A stretch of DNA of 64,000 bases from contig JAMDHS010000030.1 in NCBI GenBank assembly GCA_029717555.1, forward strand, positions 62,001 to 126,000, given 5' to 3'. The notes beneath the pieces are model-generated. The model was not told the DNA's origin. It searched no databases and saw only the letters and a list, made by a program, of their open reading frames with translations. This DNA is from Peribolospora baueri (lineage: Eukaryota). Position 1 is the stretch's first letter, and every line of letters starts with the position of its first letter. This document shows, in pieces, positions 13,281 to 26,858 of this stretch. The position numbers were made by a program, and so were the translations under genes.

Positions 13281-14617
13281 CAGACTGTCGCCGTTCGTCC
13301 GGCCGGCCGTCCGAGCGTGCCGTTCGTTTCGTCTCTTTCTCGGACCGGCCGGCGATCCAACGTCATGTTCATGCGGGAGACGTCGGTCGGCCGTTCTCGC
13401 ATCCGATAGTCGACCCGGATCCCGTCGATTTCTTCCTTTCTTCCCTTGCCGCTGACCGGACCGGACGCCCCTTCGCACGCACGCATCCATGCCACCTCGT
13501 CCGTCGTCTCGTCTATCCTGCTCTATCTATCCTATTCCATCCTTAAGTCCGTTTACGTGGCCCAATACAAGTCATCGTTCGTTTCGATGGTGTGACGGTG
13601 CCCGTGTCGTCTGTTTTTGTTACCTGTGTCCCCCACGTACGCACGAGCTGCATGCATGTCTAGTCCGTCCATTCGACCCATTGCAGCCCTTCCCTGTGCT
13701 GTGCTGAAGCAAGCTCGCGGCGTCTTGGTCTTGTGCGAGCCCGGAGGAAGGAAGGCGTCGTGGGCAGTCTGGATCGTCCGTCGGATACGCACGCATGCAG
13801 GCGCACGCGCCCGCGCACGTGCAGGGTGCTCGTTTTGCTGGTTGTGCGCGCATGTCCGCCCGTTCGCTATCGCTGTCGCCGGCGCCGTCGCTGTGCTCTA
13901 GTGGAGTGGAGCGCGCAGGCGGACGCGGACGCGGGCGCGGGCGTCCCGTGGACAGCACCGCATCGCCGGCGGGTGTCCGTAATCGCATGCTTGTTATTAC
14001 GTGCTTGCTGTAGCTATTGAAAAGCCCTTCTATGGGCTTTTTTTTTTCCTTTTCTTTTCTTTTCTTTTTGTTCTTTTCTTTTCGTCCTTTTCCATTCCCT
14101 TCCTTCCCTTCCTTCCCTTCCTCTTCTTTACCGGTCCACCCGACCCGACCAGTCCGTGCCTTGCTCCCATCCTCTTGTATCCGAGCCAAGGGCCCCGTTT
14201 CGAGGTGGAATGCGACCGACGCCCGTTTCCCCTCTCCCGTCGTCCATTCCTGTTCCCTTCCGTCTGCGGGATGCTGCCGGCGTACGAGGGGTGAACGACG
14301 TGCCCCTTTTTCACATCCATCGGGCGCCCGCCGCCGCGCTCCATTTCATTGCCATGTATGTGCTAGGACAGGCGAGGAATTTGAAATGCCCACCCCGTCG
14401 TAATCGTAACGCGGCTTTGAATAGCCCGCATTATTATCTTTTTCTTCTTCATTTATTTCCTCTTCCCTCCCGCTTCGCCCGCACGCCACGCCTGCCGCAG
14501 TCGCTCTCGCTCTCGCCCACGCCAACCGCCAAGCGCGCCCTCGTTCCCTCGCGCCCTCGCCCGGCGCAGCCCGCCCAACGTCCAACGTCCATTGTCGACC
14601 ACTACCATCAGCACCAT

Positions 14618-14730
14618 TACCACCATCACCACCACCATCACCACCTCCACCTCCACCACCGCTCCATCCCACCCCTTCCCTTCCCTTCCCTTCCCCTCCC
14701 CTTCTCCCTCTCTCTTCCCTCCCCTTCCCT
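14618..14730. repeat. (CAC/CAT)n and (CCCTT)n low-complexity tract upstream of the membrane-protein gene
   Basis: Read directly. Explains the poly-His stretch in ORF 14156-15253. Confidence 0.8.
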
Positions 14731-15041
14731 CTTAGTCGGCGAGACCGTACCTTCTTTCATATCCACGACCTCCCGCCTGACCCTCAGTCTCTCCCTTCAA
14801 CCCACGCCCCTTGCCGGCACTCCTCCCCCGACCCTCCTTTCCCCTAATCGCGGCCAGCTCTCCCGAATCAGAAAAGAAGAAAGAAGAAAGAAAGAAAGGA
14901 GGGGAAGCAAAGACCCCTTCTACATCGACGAGCACCACGGCGGACCGTCCCTAGTCGCCCACGACCAACGTCTGTTCATCGAAAAAGGCACTTGGACCTC
15001 CCCCTGCCCCTTCGCCCCTCGTCCCCGTCCCCGTCCTCGTC

Positions 15042-16301
15042 ATGGCACACCAGAACAACCCCGGCCTGGACATCAGGACCCGCCTCGAGCGTCACGTCCG
15101 CCGCGCCGCCCACCCACGCGGCCTCCTCGGTCTTGGCGGAAACAGCCCCCCCCCGCCCAACCAGGGCTTGGGCGGTGCCGACACCTCGACCAACCGTGCC
15201 GCCGCGCCCACCCCCAGCCCTGCCTGCGTCGGCTTCTCGCCCGACTCGTGTAACCACATCGGCGGCGGTGGCAGTAGCTCGGACACCACCGACCCTTTCC
15301 CCTTCACCATCCCCACGTCCACCCCCTCCACCGACGTCCTTCCTACCTCCAAGAGTGAGTACCGTGACCACCGCCACCCAGAAGGCCCAACCCCGAATCG
15401 TTGGAATGCAGGCCGATGGGACGGGCCCGGAGGGGAAGCAGGATGGGCACGTGTGAGCGTGCGCTGCTCATGGAGCGGGAACGAGGATGGAATGGACTGT
15501 TCGGCCTTTTCGCATCGTCCCGAGCGATAGCCTTAGCTCCCCAGCTGTGACATCCCACACTGACTTTGCCTCTCGCTCTCTTCCCTCCCCACAGCCCGCT
15601 CGACTTTGTCGTCGTCCACCACCTCGTCCACCTCTACCTCGTCCACCTCTTCCAGTGTCGTAACGACTACGAGCTCTACCTCTGCTCTCGCAACCACCTC
15701 GTCCAGCCTGCAAAGCACGTCGTTGCTCACCGTCACCACCGTTCCGACGAGCTCTATCGACACCTCCACGCCCTCCGCCACTCCCTCCGCTGACTCGTCC
15801 CAGTCCAGCAGCGGTCCCTCAGCCGGAACGGTGGTGGGCGCCGTCGCCGGTGGCCTCGCCGGTATCGTCCTCTTCTCCGCTCTCATCGGCTTCCTCTTCC
15901 GCAGGTACAAGAACCGCCCGGACCCGTACTTGGCCAACCCGTTCGACAGGGACGAGTTCCGCCGTCAGTCTCAGATGCTCCACGACGAGATGGAGAACGA
16001 CGCGGTGCCGGTGATGGGCGACCTCGGCGGCCCCGCCAGCCTGTCCCGCAACGGCACCTACATGTCCAGCCCCGGCGGCGCTCCCTACAACTACGAGGGC
16101 GGCCCTCGCCCTCCGACCATCTTCCAGTCCCACATGGACGCCCCCGCGGTCACCGCCGCTTTCATGGGCCCCGCAACGTACCTGGGCGCCGGCGAGGGCG
16201 GCGCTTACCCGGCCTTCCCTCCCTCTGCCGCCTTCAACCCGCGCAGTCTGAGTCCCGCGCCTCAACTGCCTCCTTTCGGTGCCTTCAGTGACGCCTCCCA
16301 C

Positions 16302-16333
<32 letters not shown>

Positions 16334-16964
16334 GGGGCCTTATGCCTATCTCGACCGCGCCCCCTCCAACGCTTCCCACGATTCCGCCGCCGGCTACGGC
16401 TACGCCGACCTGCAGCGTCAGGGCAGCGGCCACTCCAACACGGACACCCGGCCTCTGAGCGTCCTCCATGAGCAGGACGAAGCGGCAGCCCGCGACTCTT
16501 ACCCCAACCCCTTCGACGTCAACAAGCCACAGGACAGCGCGGGCGCGTATGGAGAGAACCAGACAGCCGGCCGTCCCGACTCGGGCGAAGTGGACCGCTC
16601 CGGCACGCCCGACCTGCCCAACGTGCAGCAGACCTTCTTCTCTGGCGACGGCGCCGCTGGCGACCCGCAGGTGCACGTGCGCTCGCCGAGTCCCATCATC
16701 GAGGCCCCCGCCTCTCCGCTCCCTGCCTCGCTCGTCGCTGGCGGGCACGGCGGGTGGGACGACCACAGCGAGGTCTTGACCACCGCCGACGCGGGCAAGG
16801 ACGCGAGTGGCGACGGCAGCCCTTCGAGGATGCTGAGCGTGCGCAACGTCGCTGGGGGTGATCGTAACGAGCAGCAGCAGCAGCAGCACCAGCAGAGGCC
16901 CATGAGCACGTTCACCACTGCCAGCGCTGCCGATCCGGACGACGCGTACGGAGGCGTGTACTGA
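15042..16964 (+). CDS. Ser/Thr-rich single-pass membrane protein (Mid2/Wsc-like sensor architecture), 2 exons
   Basis: Exon 15042-15354 is spliced in phase to ORF 15606-16964. S/T-rich ectodomain, TM segment VVGAVAGGLAGIVLFSALIGFLF followed by RRYK, cytoplasmic tail with polyQ and terminal DAYGGVY. Confidence 0.75.
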
Positions 16965-18576
16965 CCGCAGCCGCGTTGAGAATCGGGCGAGAGGCCGGAG
17001 GCGGATGGAGAAGCGCGCGGATCAGCAGGCGCGCCTTTGTCTAGGCCTCCACCCTCAAGAGACTTGTCACCCTGCCTCTCCTAGGGGCAGGCGCAGCTCG
17101 AACGAAGCAAAGAAATACCCGCGAACCCGTCCCATGTCGGCCTCCCTCTTTCCTTCCATCGACGAGGTTCCGCACGACCTTGCGCTTCTACCCGTTCATT
17201 TCACTTTCCCGGATCGCTTCCTCCTTTCTGGGTGAGATCTTCAGGAAAGATCTTCCTTCTGCCTTGCTTCTTGCACCCCTTCCTCCCGGCGGCGACTGTT
17301 TCCTCTTTATCTCGCACCTTCCGAACGCTCTCTCCTCGCGTCGGCTTGGTTTTTTTTTTTTCACATTCTGTTCGATTCGGTGGATGGCACTTCCTTTTCG
17401 CTCCGCTCTGCGAGCGTTACCGCATCTATCCCCTTTCTCCACTCTCGATTTCTTTGGCCCTCGTGCCCCCCGTTAGAGCTCCTTCTTTCTGCCTCGCTTT
17501 CCTTCCACACACACACACACAACCCCGATTTGCTTCTGCTTTCTTTCCACTCGATTTCGTCGAACCGTTTGCCTCTCTTCCTCATGGATCTGAGGCGGTT
17601 CTGATTGTAGCATGGGCGTTCGGTCAGCGTGGACATTTTGGATCGACGGACGGTCGCGGTCGTGGTCGACGGTCGGTCTCGTCTCGTCTCGTCGCATCGC
17701 GTAGCCGCTGGTCCTCCGATCTGGGCCGTGCAGCCGTGTGCATGTCCGTCCAGTCCAGTCCAGTCCGGCCTGCTCTCTTCCTGTCGTGTCCTCTCTGTCT
17801 GTCTGTCTGTCTGTTCTCGTCTCGTTTCCTCTCCGCCTTGATCGTCGGTCATGTTCTCGTGTTCTCGTCGCCGTCGCCGTTGTCGTCGTCGTCGTTGTCG
17901 GATGGAAAACGGCGGTGTATCGTCGTTGTTGTAATCGATAACGGCCGTCCATCCGGACGTCTTTTGAAATATCCATCTGTTGTTGGAAGCTTTTTTTTTT
18001 CTTTGCCCGCGAACGAACGAAGTGGCTGACCAACCGCCCGCCGGCGTTCGTACGGACATACGGGAAAGGCAACGAACGGAGTGCGGAGCCCCGCAGCGAT
18101 CGACCCGTCCTTCTTTGGTCCTTCGCCCTACCTGGCTTCTTTCTGTCTTCTGACTCCCCGATCGACACCAGATAGGAGGCTAGGCTAGGCTAGGAGGTCG
18201 TCGGCGATCTACGAACGACAGATAGGAGGCGGTTTAGACAAAGGCAAGTGCAAGTGCCAACGCGCGCTCCATTCGCTCAGAGACAGACGCACACGCTAGC
18301 TAGGCCAAGCACCACCGCTCGCGCTCTTTCCTCTCGACTGACGGTGACCGTCGGGTCTAGCTAGCGTTCGAGGAGCCCCTGTGTCTCCTTCCTCCTCTCT
18401 TGTCCTCATTTAATGCCGGCGCCCCAGCGATGAAAGAAAGCAAAGCATCGGTCGACGCAGCCCGCTCGTCCCCGTCGACCTCGCCCTTCCTCCCCTCCCA
18501 CCGCCTCTCCAGCGTCCACCGCTTCACTGCTTCTGCTTTTGCTCTTGCTTTTGGCCCGCTCTGCTTGCTTGCCGCC

Positions 18577-20429
18577 ATGAACAAGGCTATGCTCACCCTT
18601 CCCTCCCTCCCTCTCCTCCTCCTCGTCGCCCTCCTCCAAGGCGGCGCCTCCGCCTCCCCCCTTCCTATCCCTATCCCTAGCTGGTGGACGACCACTAACT
18701 ACTTCGTACCCCTCCGCCTGCCCACCGTCTTCCAGATCCCCTTCGAGATCCCTTTTCTTTCTTCCAAGATCTCCTTCGTCCTTCCTTGGGCTGCCCGTCC
18801 GAAAGAGCCAGCGCCAGTGTCGAACGCCAACGCACCTTCCGGAGGCGATGGCTGGAAGCCCAAGCCCGTGTTCATGGCCTACGGCGACTACGGACAGAGC
18901 GATAACCAGCCGCCTCCTGTTCAGGACCTCGTCGGCTTTAACGTCTTTGCCCTTGCCTTTTGGTGGACACCGTGAGTCGATCGCGGCGTTCGTAGGGTGA
19001 CAGACAGAAGGGAAGAGAGAGAGGAGCATCGAATCGATCTCACCATTACTTCCCCCTCCCCGGCACCCAGGAACGCAGAAGACTATGCAGCCGAGTGGAC
19101 AAAGCTGACCGACGCCCAACGCTCGAGCATAAAAGCGCAGTACAACGCCCAGGGCATGAACCTCATCGTCTCTGCCTTTGGGGCTGCTCATTCGCCCACC
19201 TCGTCCGGCCTTGATCCGAATCAGACGGCGAAGGAGCTGGCGAGTTGGGTGCAGAAGTATAACTTGGTCAGTCCCGTCCCGTCCGTCCGTCCGTCCATCC
19301 AATCGTACGTGATCGGATGCTCACTCTCTTCTTTCGCTCCGATAGGACGGCGTAGATATCGATTACGAGGATTTCAAGGCCATGGGACAAGGCACCGCTG
19401 AAAGTTGGCTCGTCACCTTTTCCAAAGCCCTCCGCGCTGCTCTTCCCAAGGACGACTATATCATCTCCCACGCTCGTGAGTCCTTCTGCTTTCTCCCCCC
19501 ATTTCTTTTCCGCACTCACCCGCGGACGAGGCCCCGTTCGACGACGATAGCCGTCGCAAGTTGGTTCGCACCCAACTCGAGCAACCTGCCCGGCGGTGGC
19601 TACTTGACGTGAGTCCGAGCCGAACTTGCATCCATCTCATTTGTCAGTGTCGAAACACTCCTTCTCTCTCTTTTCCTTGACTCTTTCTTCTCATCAGGGT
19701 GGAAAAGCAAGCGGGCGACAGTATCGACTGGGTGAGCTTTCCTCCCATCCCCTCACACGACACGCCAATCCAAATCGCCTCGATCCGCGCGCGTACCGTC
19801 GAAGGCTCACTACCGTCGTCCGTCCGTCGGTCCTCGTTTTAGTACAACGTCCAGTTCTACAACGGCGGCCCGGGCGTCTGGGAGAACTGTACCGACCTGA
19901 TCCATAATGACTCCTCGTACGGCGTCTCGGTCCACCAGATCAACCAGGCTGGCATCCCTCTCGTCCGTCGCCCCTCTTCGTCGTCTATCTTTGTCTTTTC
20001 CCCTTCGCTCCACTCACCCGAGCTCTCTCCCTTTTTCGTACCCTCCCTCCTCCCTCTTTGACCCCCTATCGCATGACGAACCCGCGACGACAAGCAGGAC
20101 AAGATCGTAATCGGCAAGCCCCTCAACTCTGGCGACGAGGACCCGCCGGCGCCCGGAGACGGCGGAGGATACATGTCCCCGGGCACGCTGGCGTCCTGCG
20201 TCGGCGAGGCGCACGCCGACCTCGGTTGGAACGGAGGGTGAGCCTTTCGTCTCGTCTGTTCTGTTCTGTCTGGCCTGGCCTGGGCTAGGCCGTGTGAGCC
20301 GGCGAGAGATCAGCCTGCTGACCGTGTGTCCCCCCCGCCCACCCGCGCAGAGTCATGTTCTGGGAGATCCACGAAAACCAAAACGCCTCGTCGATCATAG
20401 AGACTGTCCGCGGCCGCACCTGGCCCTGA
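18577..20429 (+). CDS. Secreted glycoside hydrolase family 18 chitinase, multi-exon
   Basis: gccgccATG start and signal peptide (LPLLLLVALLQGGASA). IVSAFG motif, catalytic LDGVDIDYE (DxxDxDxE) spanning an intron, YNVQFYN, KIVIGKP, GGVMFWE. Stop at 20427-20429. Confidence 0.9.
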
Positions 20430-21462
20430 ACTGAACTGAAAGCGATAGGGAAGGAAAGGACAAAGTCCGCTCTCGCGCGTCTTCCCGTCCGTACCCGTTG
20501 TCCGCTTTCCACCGTCCTCCGTACCCGAGTCGCTCGTGCCCCTTCCCTTTCTTTCTACGGCGACCGGCCCGGCCGGCGCTTCCTTGGCGCACATCTACAA
20601 TCTGCCCGTCACCCGGCCGGAGTCGTGCAGTTGCCGGCTCCCTCTCCTTTTTTTTTTTTTCCGGTCGCCTTGGGCACAAGTCGAGCCACATCGCTCTTTC
20701 CTTTCACTCCACTCCGTCTTACTCCTCCCTCGACGACTCGAGCGGCCCGAGTTCGCTCAAGACGACCGGCCGTCGGTGTCGTCCGTCCGACCGACAGGTG
20801 AAGGTGGAGCACAATACAGCGGTCACTCCCCTCTTCCGGCATCGATTTTTGCCCCCGTCGTCATCTGTGTCGGCAACGGCCCCACGACCCCACATCCGGC
20901 GGCCTCGCACTCGGGTCCCAAGTATGTAGCCGGTCAGAGTACAGTACTGGGACACCAAAGATAGACGAGAAAGAGAAAAAAAAATATAAAAAAAGGGTAC
21001 TCTGCCTGTGCCCCTCCGCCTTTCTGAGGAAGGGCTGCCGCGGCTGAGAATCCAGAGATTTTCAGCAATCTCTTTCCGAGCCTTGGCCGTGGAGAGCGCG
21101 GGTACCTTGAAGTACGGTGGGCGCGTCGGTCGGTGATGAAGACGGACCGGCGACTTTCCTTTCTTTTCGTGGCTCTCTGCTCGCTTGCCATCTCAAGAAT
21201 GCTCTCCGTGAGCTTGTGTGGGTATTTGGGGTGTATTCTCCATACCAACCTCTGGCAGAACCGCTCTTGCGATCACGCGTGCGGACCAAGGTGAGGGAAG
21301 GAGGGGAGTAGATTGCAATCAAGCCATAGATAGACGCCGGGGTGCTTGGCGCTGCGCTTTCCTGCCTGAAAAGGGATCGAGATGAGGAGGCGTGCATGGG
21401 GCATATCGATGACGAGGGAACCCAGGTGGAAATTGACCGGAAAAGGACGGTCAGAAAGGAGG

Positions 21463-21502
21463 GAACGATGAAGGGACGAACGATGAAGGGACGAACGATG
21501 AA
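21463..21502. repeat. 15-bp tandem repeat GAACGATGAAGGGAC, about 2.7 copies
   Basis: Read directly, between convergent gene ends. Confidence 0.8.
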
Positions 21503-21869
21503 CGAGGCGAGGGAAAAGGCTGGATGTGAGGTTTGTTAAAAGTACAAAAATGAATACGTGGGGAGCCGGAATGGAAGGTATGCGAAATAAAAGGGGCGGT
21601 CAAGTTGAGGGATTGCTGAGAGCAAGACGGAAATGACTGGAGAGAGCGAAGGCCCGTCTAAACGAGGCGTTGGGGCCCGGGGGGAAGGCGATAATAGAGT
21701 GACATGGATCTGCAAGCGTCCAGACCGGAGCGGAGGGAGGGTGTGTCGATCCAAAGAATGGGAAAAAGGCAGAGTATCGATGTGGTATGCGAAGCGACGC
21801 ATCGGAGCAGAGGGAGGGCGAGGGGACCGGGACGTTTGCCGAGACGAGACGAGACGACCCTGGCGTCCG

Positions 21870-24800
21870 TTACTGCACTCCAGTCGCGGGACGTCCTCTC
21901 ATCTCAGCCGTCGCCTTGGCCTTTCTTTTCTCTTGCTCCTGTCGTACTAGGACGTCCCAGAGTCTCTGTCAAAGACGATCGGAAAACAAGGTGGCAAGTT
22001 GAAGCGGGAGAGGTGAGTGGACGACCGAGCTCGACAGCAGGCCCTCTTCGCTGGAGATGACCCGTGTGGTACGAGGGGCCAGTTCAGCTCACCTCAGTCA
22101 ACTGGGCGTTGTCCTGCTGGTTCTCCATCCGTGCAGTCGCGATGATCCTGTGCAGGAGATTTCGGTTAACGCCGACTGTCAAGATTGAGAAAGTCAGCGG
22201 GCAAAAGCGGGGCGGGCGTCAGGGAGTCGACCCGAGCATGCAGAGGGGTACGGTACGACTAGACGAGACGTGCTCGCTCACCTTCAAAGTCAGCGTCAAC
22301 ATCCGCCTCCTCTGCCGGCGGCGGCGTCGGAACTCTTAGCCAATGGTCTTCGAGCAGCTCGTCGACCGTCGCCCTCTTGCTTGGGTCCCTCTCCAAACAT
22401 CTCTTCATCACGTCCAACATTTCGTCCTCGACCACCACCGTGAACTTTTCGCTCTCCCCGCCCTCCCCGACGGCGTCGCCCTCGAAGGCAAACTCCCTCG
22501 GAAACTCGATCGCATGATGAGGATTCACGATCGCTTGTTGCTTTTTGGAACCTTGGAGCATGGCGAAGGGCGTGCGACCATAGCGCATTTGGTAAAGGAT
22601 GCAGCCGAGCGACCAGACGTCGCTTGGCTCGCCACACTATGAGGAGACGAGCGGAGCGAGTCAGGACGAGAGATACCGTTACCAAGAGAGAGTGAAGCGA
22701 TGTGCTCACCTTGAAGACTCTCCGGTCTTCTTTCTGCTTGGCCACAAGAGCCTCAGGAGCCATGTAATTCGGCGTACCGATCTGATGGCGAAGCGCCACG
22801 GGATGGAGCAGGACGGTCAGCTTCGCCTTCAACGGCGCTTTGGGGTCTCAGGACGTTCCCAAGCCGACTCACAAGGGCCTCCCTAGAGATGTGCACGGTG
22901 TCCTTCGGGATAACCTGAGCGATGCCGAAATCGATCAATTTGACCTTTTTGTCGACGACCAAAAAGTTGGCCGGCTTGAGATCCGAGTGGATGACGCCTT
23001 GGGAGTGGATAAACTTTACGGCCTGGAGCATCTGTCTCCACTTTTCCTTGATCCATTCCGGCTTGAGCGGCGCGCCGGCGTGCTCTTTGAGCACTTTCGA
23101 TAGGTCTCGACCGCCCCATTCGAGGAGCTGCATGAGTGAGGTGCGGAGACGCACGACGAGCTCAGCAGACTGTCCTTTCAAGAAATCCTTCGCCTTCGCC
23201 GCTCGCCTCGCCCCCGCCAACTCACCATTTTCAAAAACTTTCCTGGCCGATGCTCAAAGTCATACAAGCGGATGACAAACTGCTCGTGCCCCTCGACATC
23301 AGCGAGCCGCTTAAGCAACTGGGCCTCGGCAACGAAGCCGCTCTCGCTCTCGGGCTCCATTCTTTCCAAGAGGACGAGTTTGAGCGCCCATATCCCCGGC
23401 TGAAGCTCGTCTCGAGGGTCGGGTGTGCCGACGGGCCCGAAGACTTGGTAGACCTTTGAGGAGCCGCCCGTGCCCGCTAGACGCTTGCGTTGGAATTTGT
23501 AGTGTTTGAACTGCGCGCGACGGCAAGCAAAGAGGCGTTGGAAAACATGAGTGTGCATGTGTGTGTGTTGTCAGGGATTTGGACTAATGTTTCAGGGCGG
23601 GAGGCAACATGGGAAGCGGGAAGGAGGAAATGGAGCAGAGGTCGACGCTCGAGGACTCACATCGACAAGTCTGATCTCCTTTTGAGGAGGCTTAGCACCT
23701 TTACTCTGCATGCCCAGTTGCGTCGCCAAAGCGGCCGCTTCCTGTTGCCGTTGCTGTTGCTGCTTCTGCTGAGCGGCGGCAGGCTGCTGCTGCATCTCGC
23801 CCAACGGGCTCCTTTTCGCCGCGACAGGAGGCGGCGGTGCGACCCGTGCATGCACGCGCGGACGCTCCTGCTCCATCCTAGGAACGGGAGCAGCTACTCC
23901 GGGCGGCTTTTCGTGCGAAACCCGCTCGTTCGGTCGGTAGTTCTCCTTGTTGAGCATGTCGAGCGCCTCTTGCGCCTGAGCTTTTGCGCGCTCCACCTCC
24001 AGGCTGACCTGTCCCTGTCTGGCGGCGGCGGGTGCGTCCAAGTCCCTGTTCTCCTCCGGCGAAGCGCTCCTCTTCCTTCTTTCCGTCGCCGTCGCCGTCA
24101 TAGTGGCAACAGCCACCGAAGAAGAGACGGCCGCAGACGCGGACAAGAGATCCGGCGTCGGGCCCCTAGCCAGACCGGGGGAGCCAGATCCAGAGCCTGA
24201 AGCGGGCGACCCGCGATCGCGACTGTGGTGACTGGGCGCATGGTCGTCGGCATCGCCTTCCACATCGTCCCCGCCGTCGTCCTCAAAGTCCGCGTCCGTC
24301 CACCTCCTCGCCCTCCTCGCACCGCCGCCGACGCCGTGGGAGAACAGATGGCCGCGGGTCAAGAGCCTTTTCCCGCCGGTGAGAGGCGGCTGTGGTGCTT
24401 GTCCCGGCGCACCAGAAGAAGCACCCAGGGAGGCAGTCGTGGAGGCGCGCAACGTGCGCTGCGTGACCGCGGAGCCGACTGGACCGCCGTAGTGAATGCC
24501 GGAATTGGTACCGTGGGCAATGGAGCGGGAGGAGAGGTGACGGGAAGAAAGTTGAGGCGTGACAAGCGCGGCATTGTGAGGAGCGTGACGGTGAGCGAAG
24601 CCGCTGTCGCGAGGGAGGCTCGAAGGTGAATGATCTCCGTCTGCGTCCGTGTCTGTGTCTGCACACGCATACCCTTCTGCCTCGCTTTCGGACGGCTCCT
24701 CGAGGATAGCCGAGTTGGGGCGGGGGGAGTGAGAACGAAAGCGGGGCGGCCTATCGCCCTCCTTGTCATAGTCGTCCACTTCACCCGCCAGGCCCGCCTC

Positions 24801-25736
24801 GCCGACGAACTTGGCCTCATCGCCAAACGTCTCCTTCGCTGTTCGCCTCTCCGAGCTCCAGCTGCCCGTTCCCCTCTCGAGTCTCCTTCGCGCCAACGCG
24901 TCCGTCCTGCTCTTGCGCTCCGTGCTCGAATTTGAAGACGGCCCGGATCCAGGAGCAGAGCCTGAGGAACCGTCGGAAACGGAGCGGTGCATGATCCGAG
25001 AAGCGGGCGTCTCGTGCAGAACGGCTGCTCGTGTCGAGGACGATGCTCCGCCTGCTAGAGCACGTTTGATATGGGAAAGAGCGCGCGAAGGGGGAGAGTC
25101 GCCGTGGTTGTCGAGGAAGGCCGGGCGGTCGCGATCACGTTGATCGCACGAGCCGTCCGCGATCCGGGCGGACGAGAGGGAGTAGGTGTGGCCGGGTGTG
25201 CGAGGGTCGCGTGTAGTCCGAGCAGAGAACGACGAGGACGAGGCGGCCTTGTGAAGCGAGCCCGAGCCTGCCAGCCGGTGCGCGCCAGCGCTCGGTCGGT
25301 GCAGTTCGGAAGAAGCGACGAGGGTCGAGCCTCCGTATTCGAGGCCGAGGCCATTCACGCCATTCTCGCGCTCCCAAGCCTCTTGAGCGGCCGCACTCTC
25401 GAATTGCGGCGGCGGCTCCATCTCCACCGAGTCGTCCAAATCGAACGACAGGCCGAGGTCGCGCGCGTTGTGGATCTTGGGCGTCCGAGATGACGTCGAA
25501 CGGAGCTCGGGGCTCTCGGCGATGGCGGTCGCCGAGGCGGAGGCGGAAACGGCCATGTCGAGGCGGCGGTCGCGACGAGAAAGGCCGTAGTCGTACTTGA
25601 TGGGGTTCGTGGAGTGGGCCTGAGAGAAGGAGGGCGAGGGCGGCGAGGCGGACCGATATCGCCCGGGAAGAGAGGCGAAAGCGGGGGAAGATTGTGAAAG
25701 ATGAAAACGCGACGTGGGCGGCTCGAGCGCAGGCAT
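21870..25736 (-). CDS. MPS1: Mps1/TTK-family spindle checkpoint kinase
   Basis: Long disordered N-terminus, then GTGGSSKV glycine loop, [63 protein letters not shown]. Last exon ends GVQ* at 21870. Confidence 0.88.
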
Positions 25737-26100
25737 CGCCGTTGGCGAGGGGTTGGGGGATGGGTGAGAGGGGTGGGTGAAAGTTGTGCTGTAGATGGCG
25801 GCGGGCTGGCTGGCTGGCTGGCTGACTGATTTCGTGGCAGTCGAATGTGGAGTCTATGTCGACCTTGACGATGGGCGCTGAAAGGGAGCGAGAGAAGGGT
25901 GAGTGAGATGGGGGATGAAACCAAAGCCAGCCAAGGCCGAGGCAAGACGATGCTAGATCTACGATGGGAGGTAACCAGGCGTGATCAGAGCCGACGATGG
26001 GACGGCGGACGATGGCGATGGCGATGGCGATGGCGATTGCGACGTTGGCGAACGTTGCGACGTCGCGCCGGCGAAAGCAGACGGCGCCGCGAGGCACGCT

Positions 26101-26120
26101 CTGACGCGTCAGTCACGTGA
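26101..26120. promoter_or_regulatory. Adjacent MCB-like (ACGCGT) and E-box/CDEI-like (GTCACGTG) palindromes upstream of MPS1
   Basis: CTGACGCGTCAG (12-bp perfect palindrome) directly followed by TCACGTGA, about 370 bp from the ATG. Confidence 0.5.
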
Positions 26121-26858
26121 TCAGATCTCGCGCGCATCGAGCTGCCGCTCTGTCGAGGCCGAGCCAAACCCAACGTCCCTCCGGAGGCTCCTCGAATTGC
26201 ATCTCGACTTCAATTCTTATCTGACTAAGCGCGTCGAGCGATAAGTTTATATATAGAGGCGACGTCCGAGAGCGAGAGGGGGAGGGAGAAACACTGGGCC
26301 CGGGCCCGGGACCGCGGGCCGCCGGGGCGCACAGCGAAGGGCGTCGGAGAGGGCGCCGGCGGATGATCCAACTATGTACGAGGGCGAGCGAAAGGGGCTC
26401 GGAAGGGGACGGGACGGGCGACGTGCACCAGGCTGGGCGTCGCAAGTAACGGTGGGGTAGGGGGTATAAGAGGTACACGGATGGGACGGGAGGGAGGAAC
26501 AAAACAATAGAGAACGAAAAGAACGTGACGCACTCGACCCACACAAGGCGACGCAGGCGAGGCAAGACGGGGGAACGGAGCTAAGCACGAAAGACGAAGG
26601 ACGGAAACGCGGCGAGGAATAGGGCCGTCGGTATGAGAACAACAAACGCGTCTGAAAAGGGGGTGGGGAGTTGGAGGGGGGGAGGATATGTACGAATAAA
26701 TGGTAGGCAAGCATGCAAGATGGACATCGAAATCGAACGAAGGCCGGCCGCGGACACGAGCCGAAAAAACCGTCCGAAGAAAAAAGTCGGGGCCCGAAGA
26801 CGAAAAAGGGAAGGTAGAACGGTGGATCGGGAGAGACAGACGTGCGGCGAGGAGGGTC

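Noticed and set aside
14156..15253. 365-aa ORF with poly-His
   Set aside because: It is a translation of microsatellite and pyrimidine tracts and overlaps the real exon in another frame.
15819..16889. Long antisense ORFs here and over ATP1, USP and other genes
   Set aside because: These are shadow frames expected from high GC at third codon positions.
21342..21539. Short ORF with MKGRT repeats ending CEVC, resembling a pheromone precursor
   Set aside because: The repeats come from a 15-bp DNA tandem, lack internal Cys motifs, and CEVC is a poor CaaX box.
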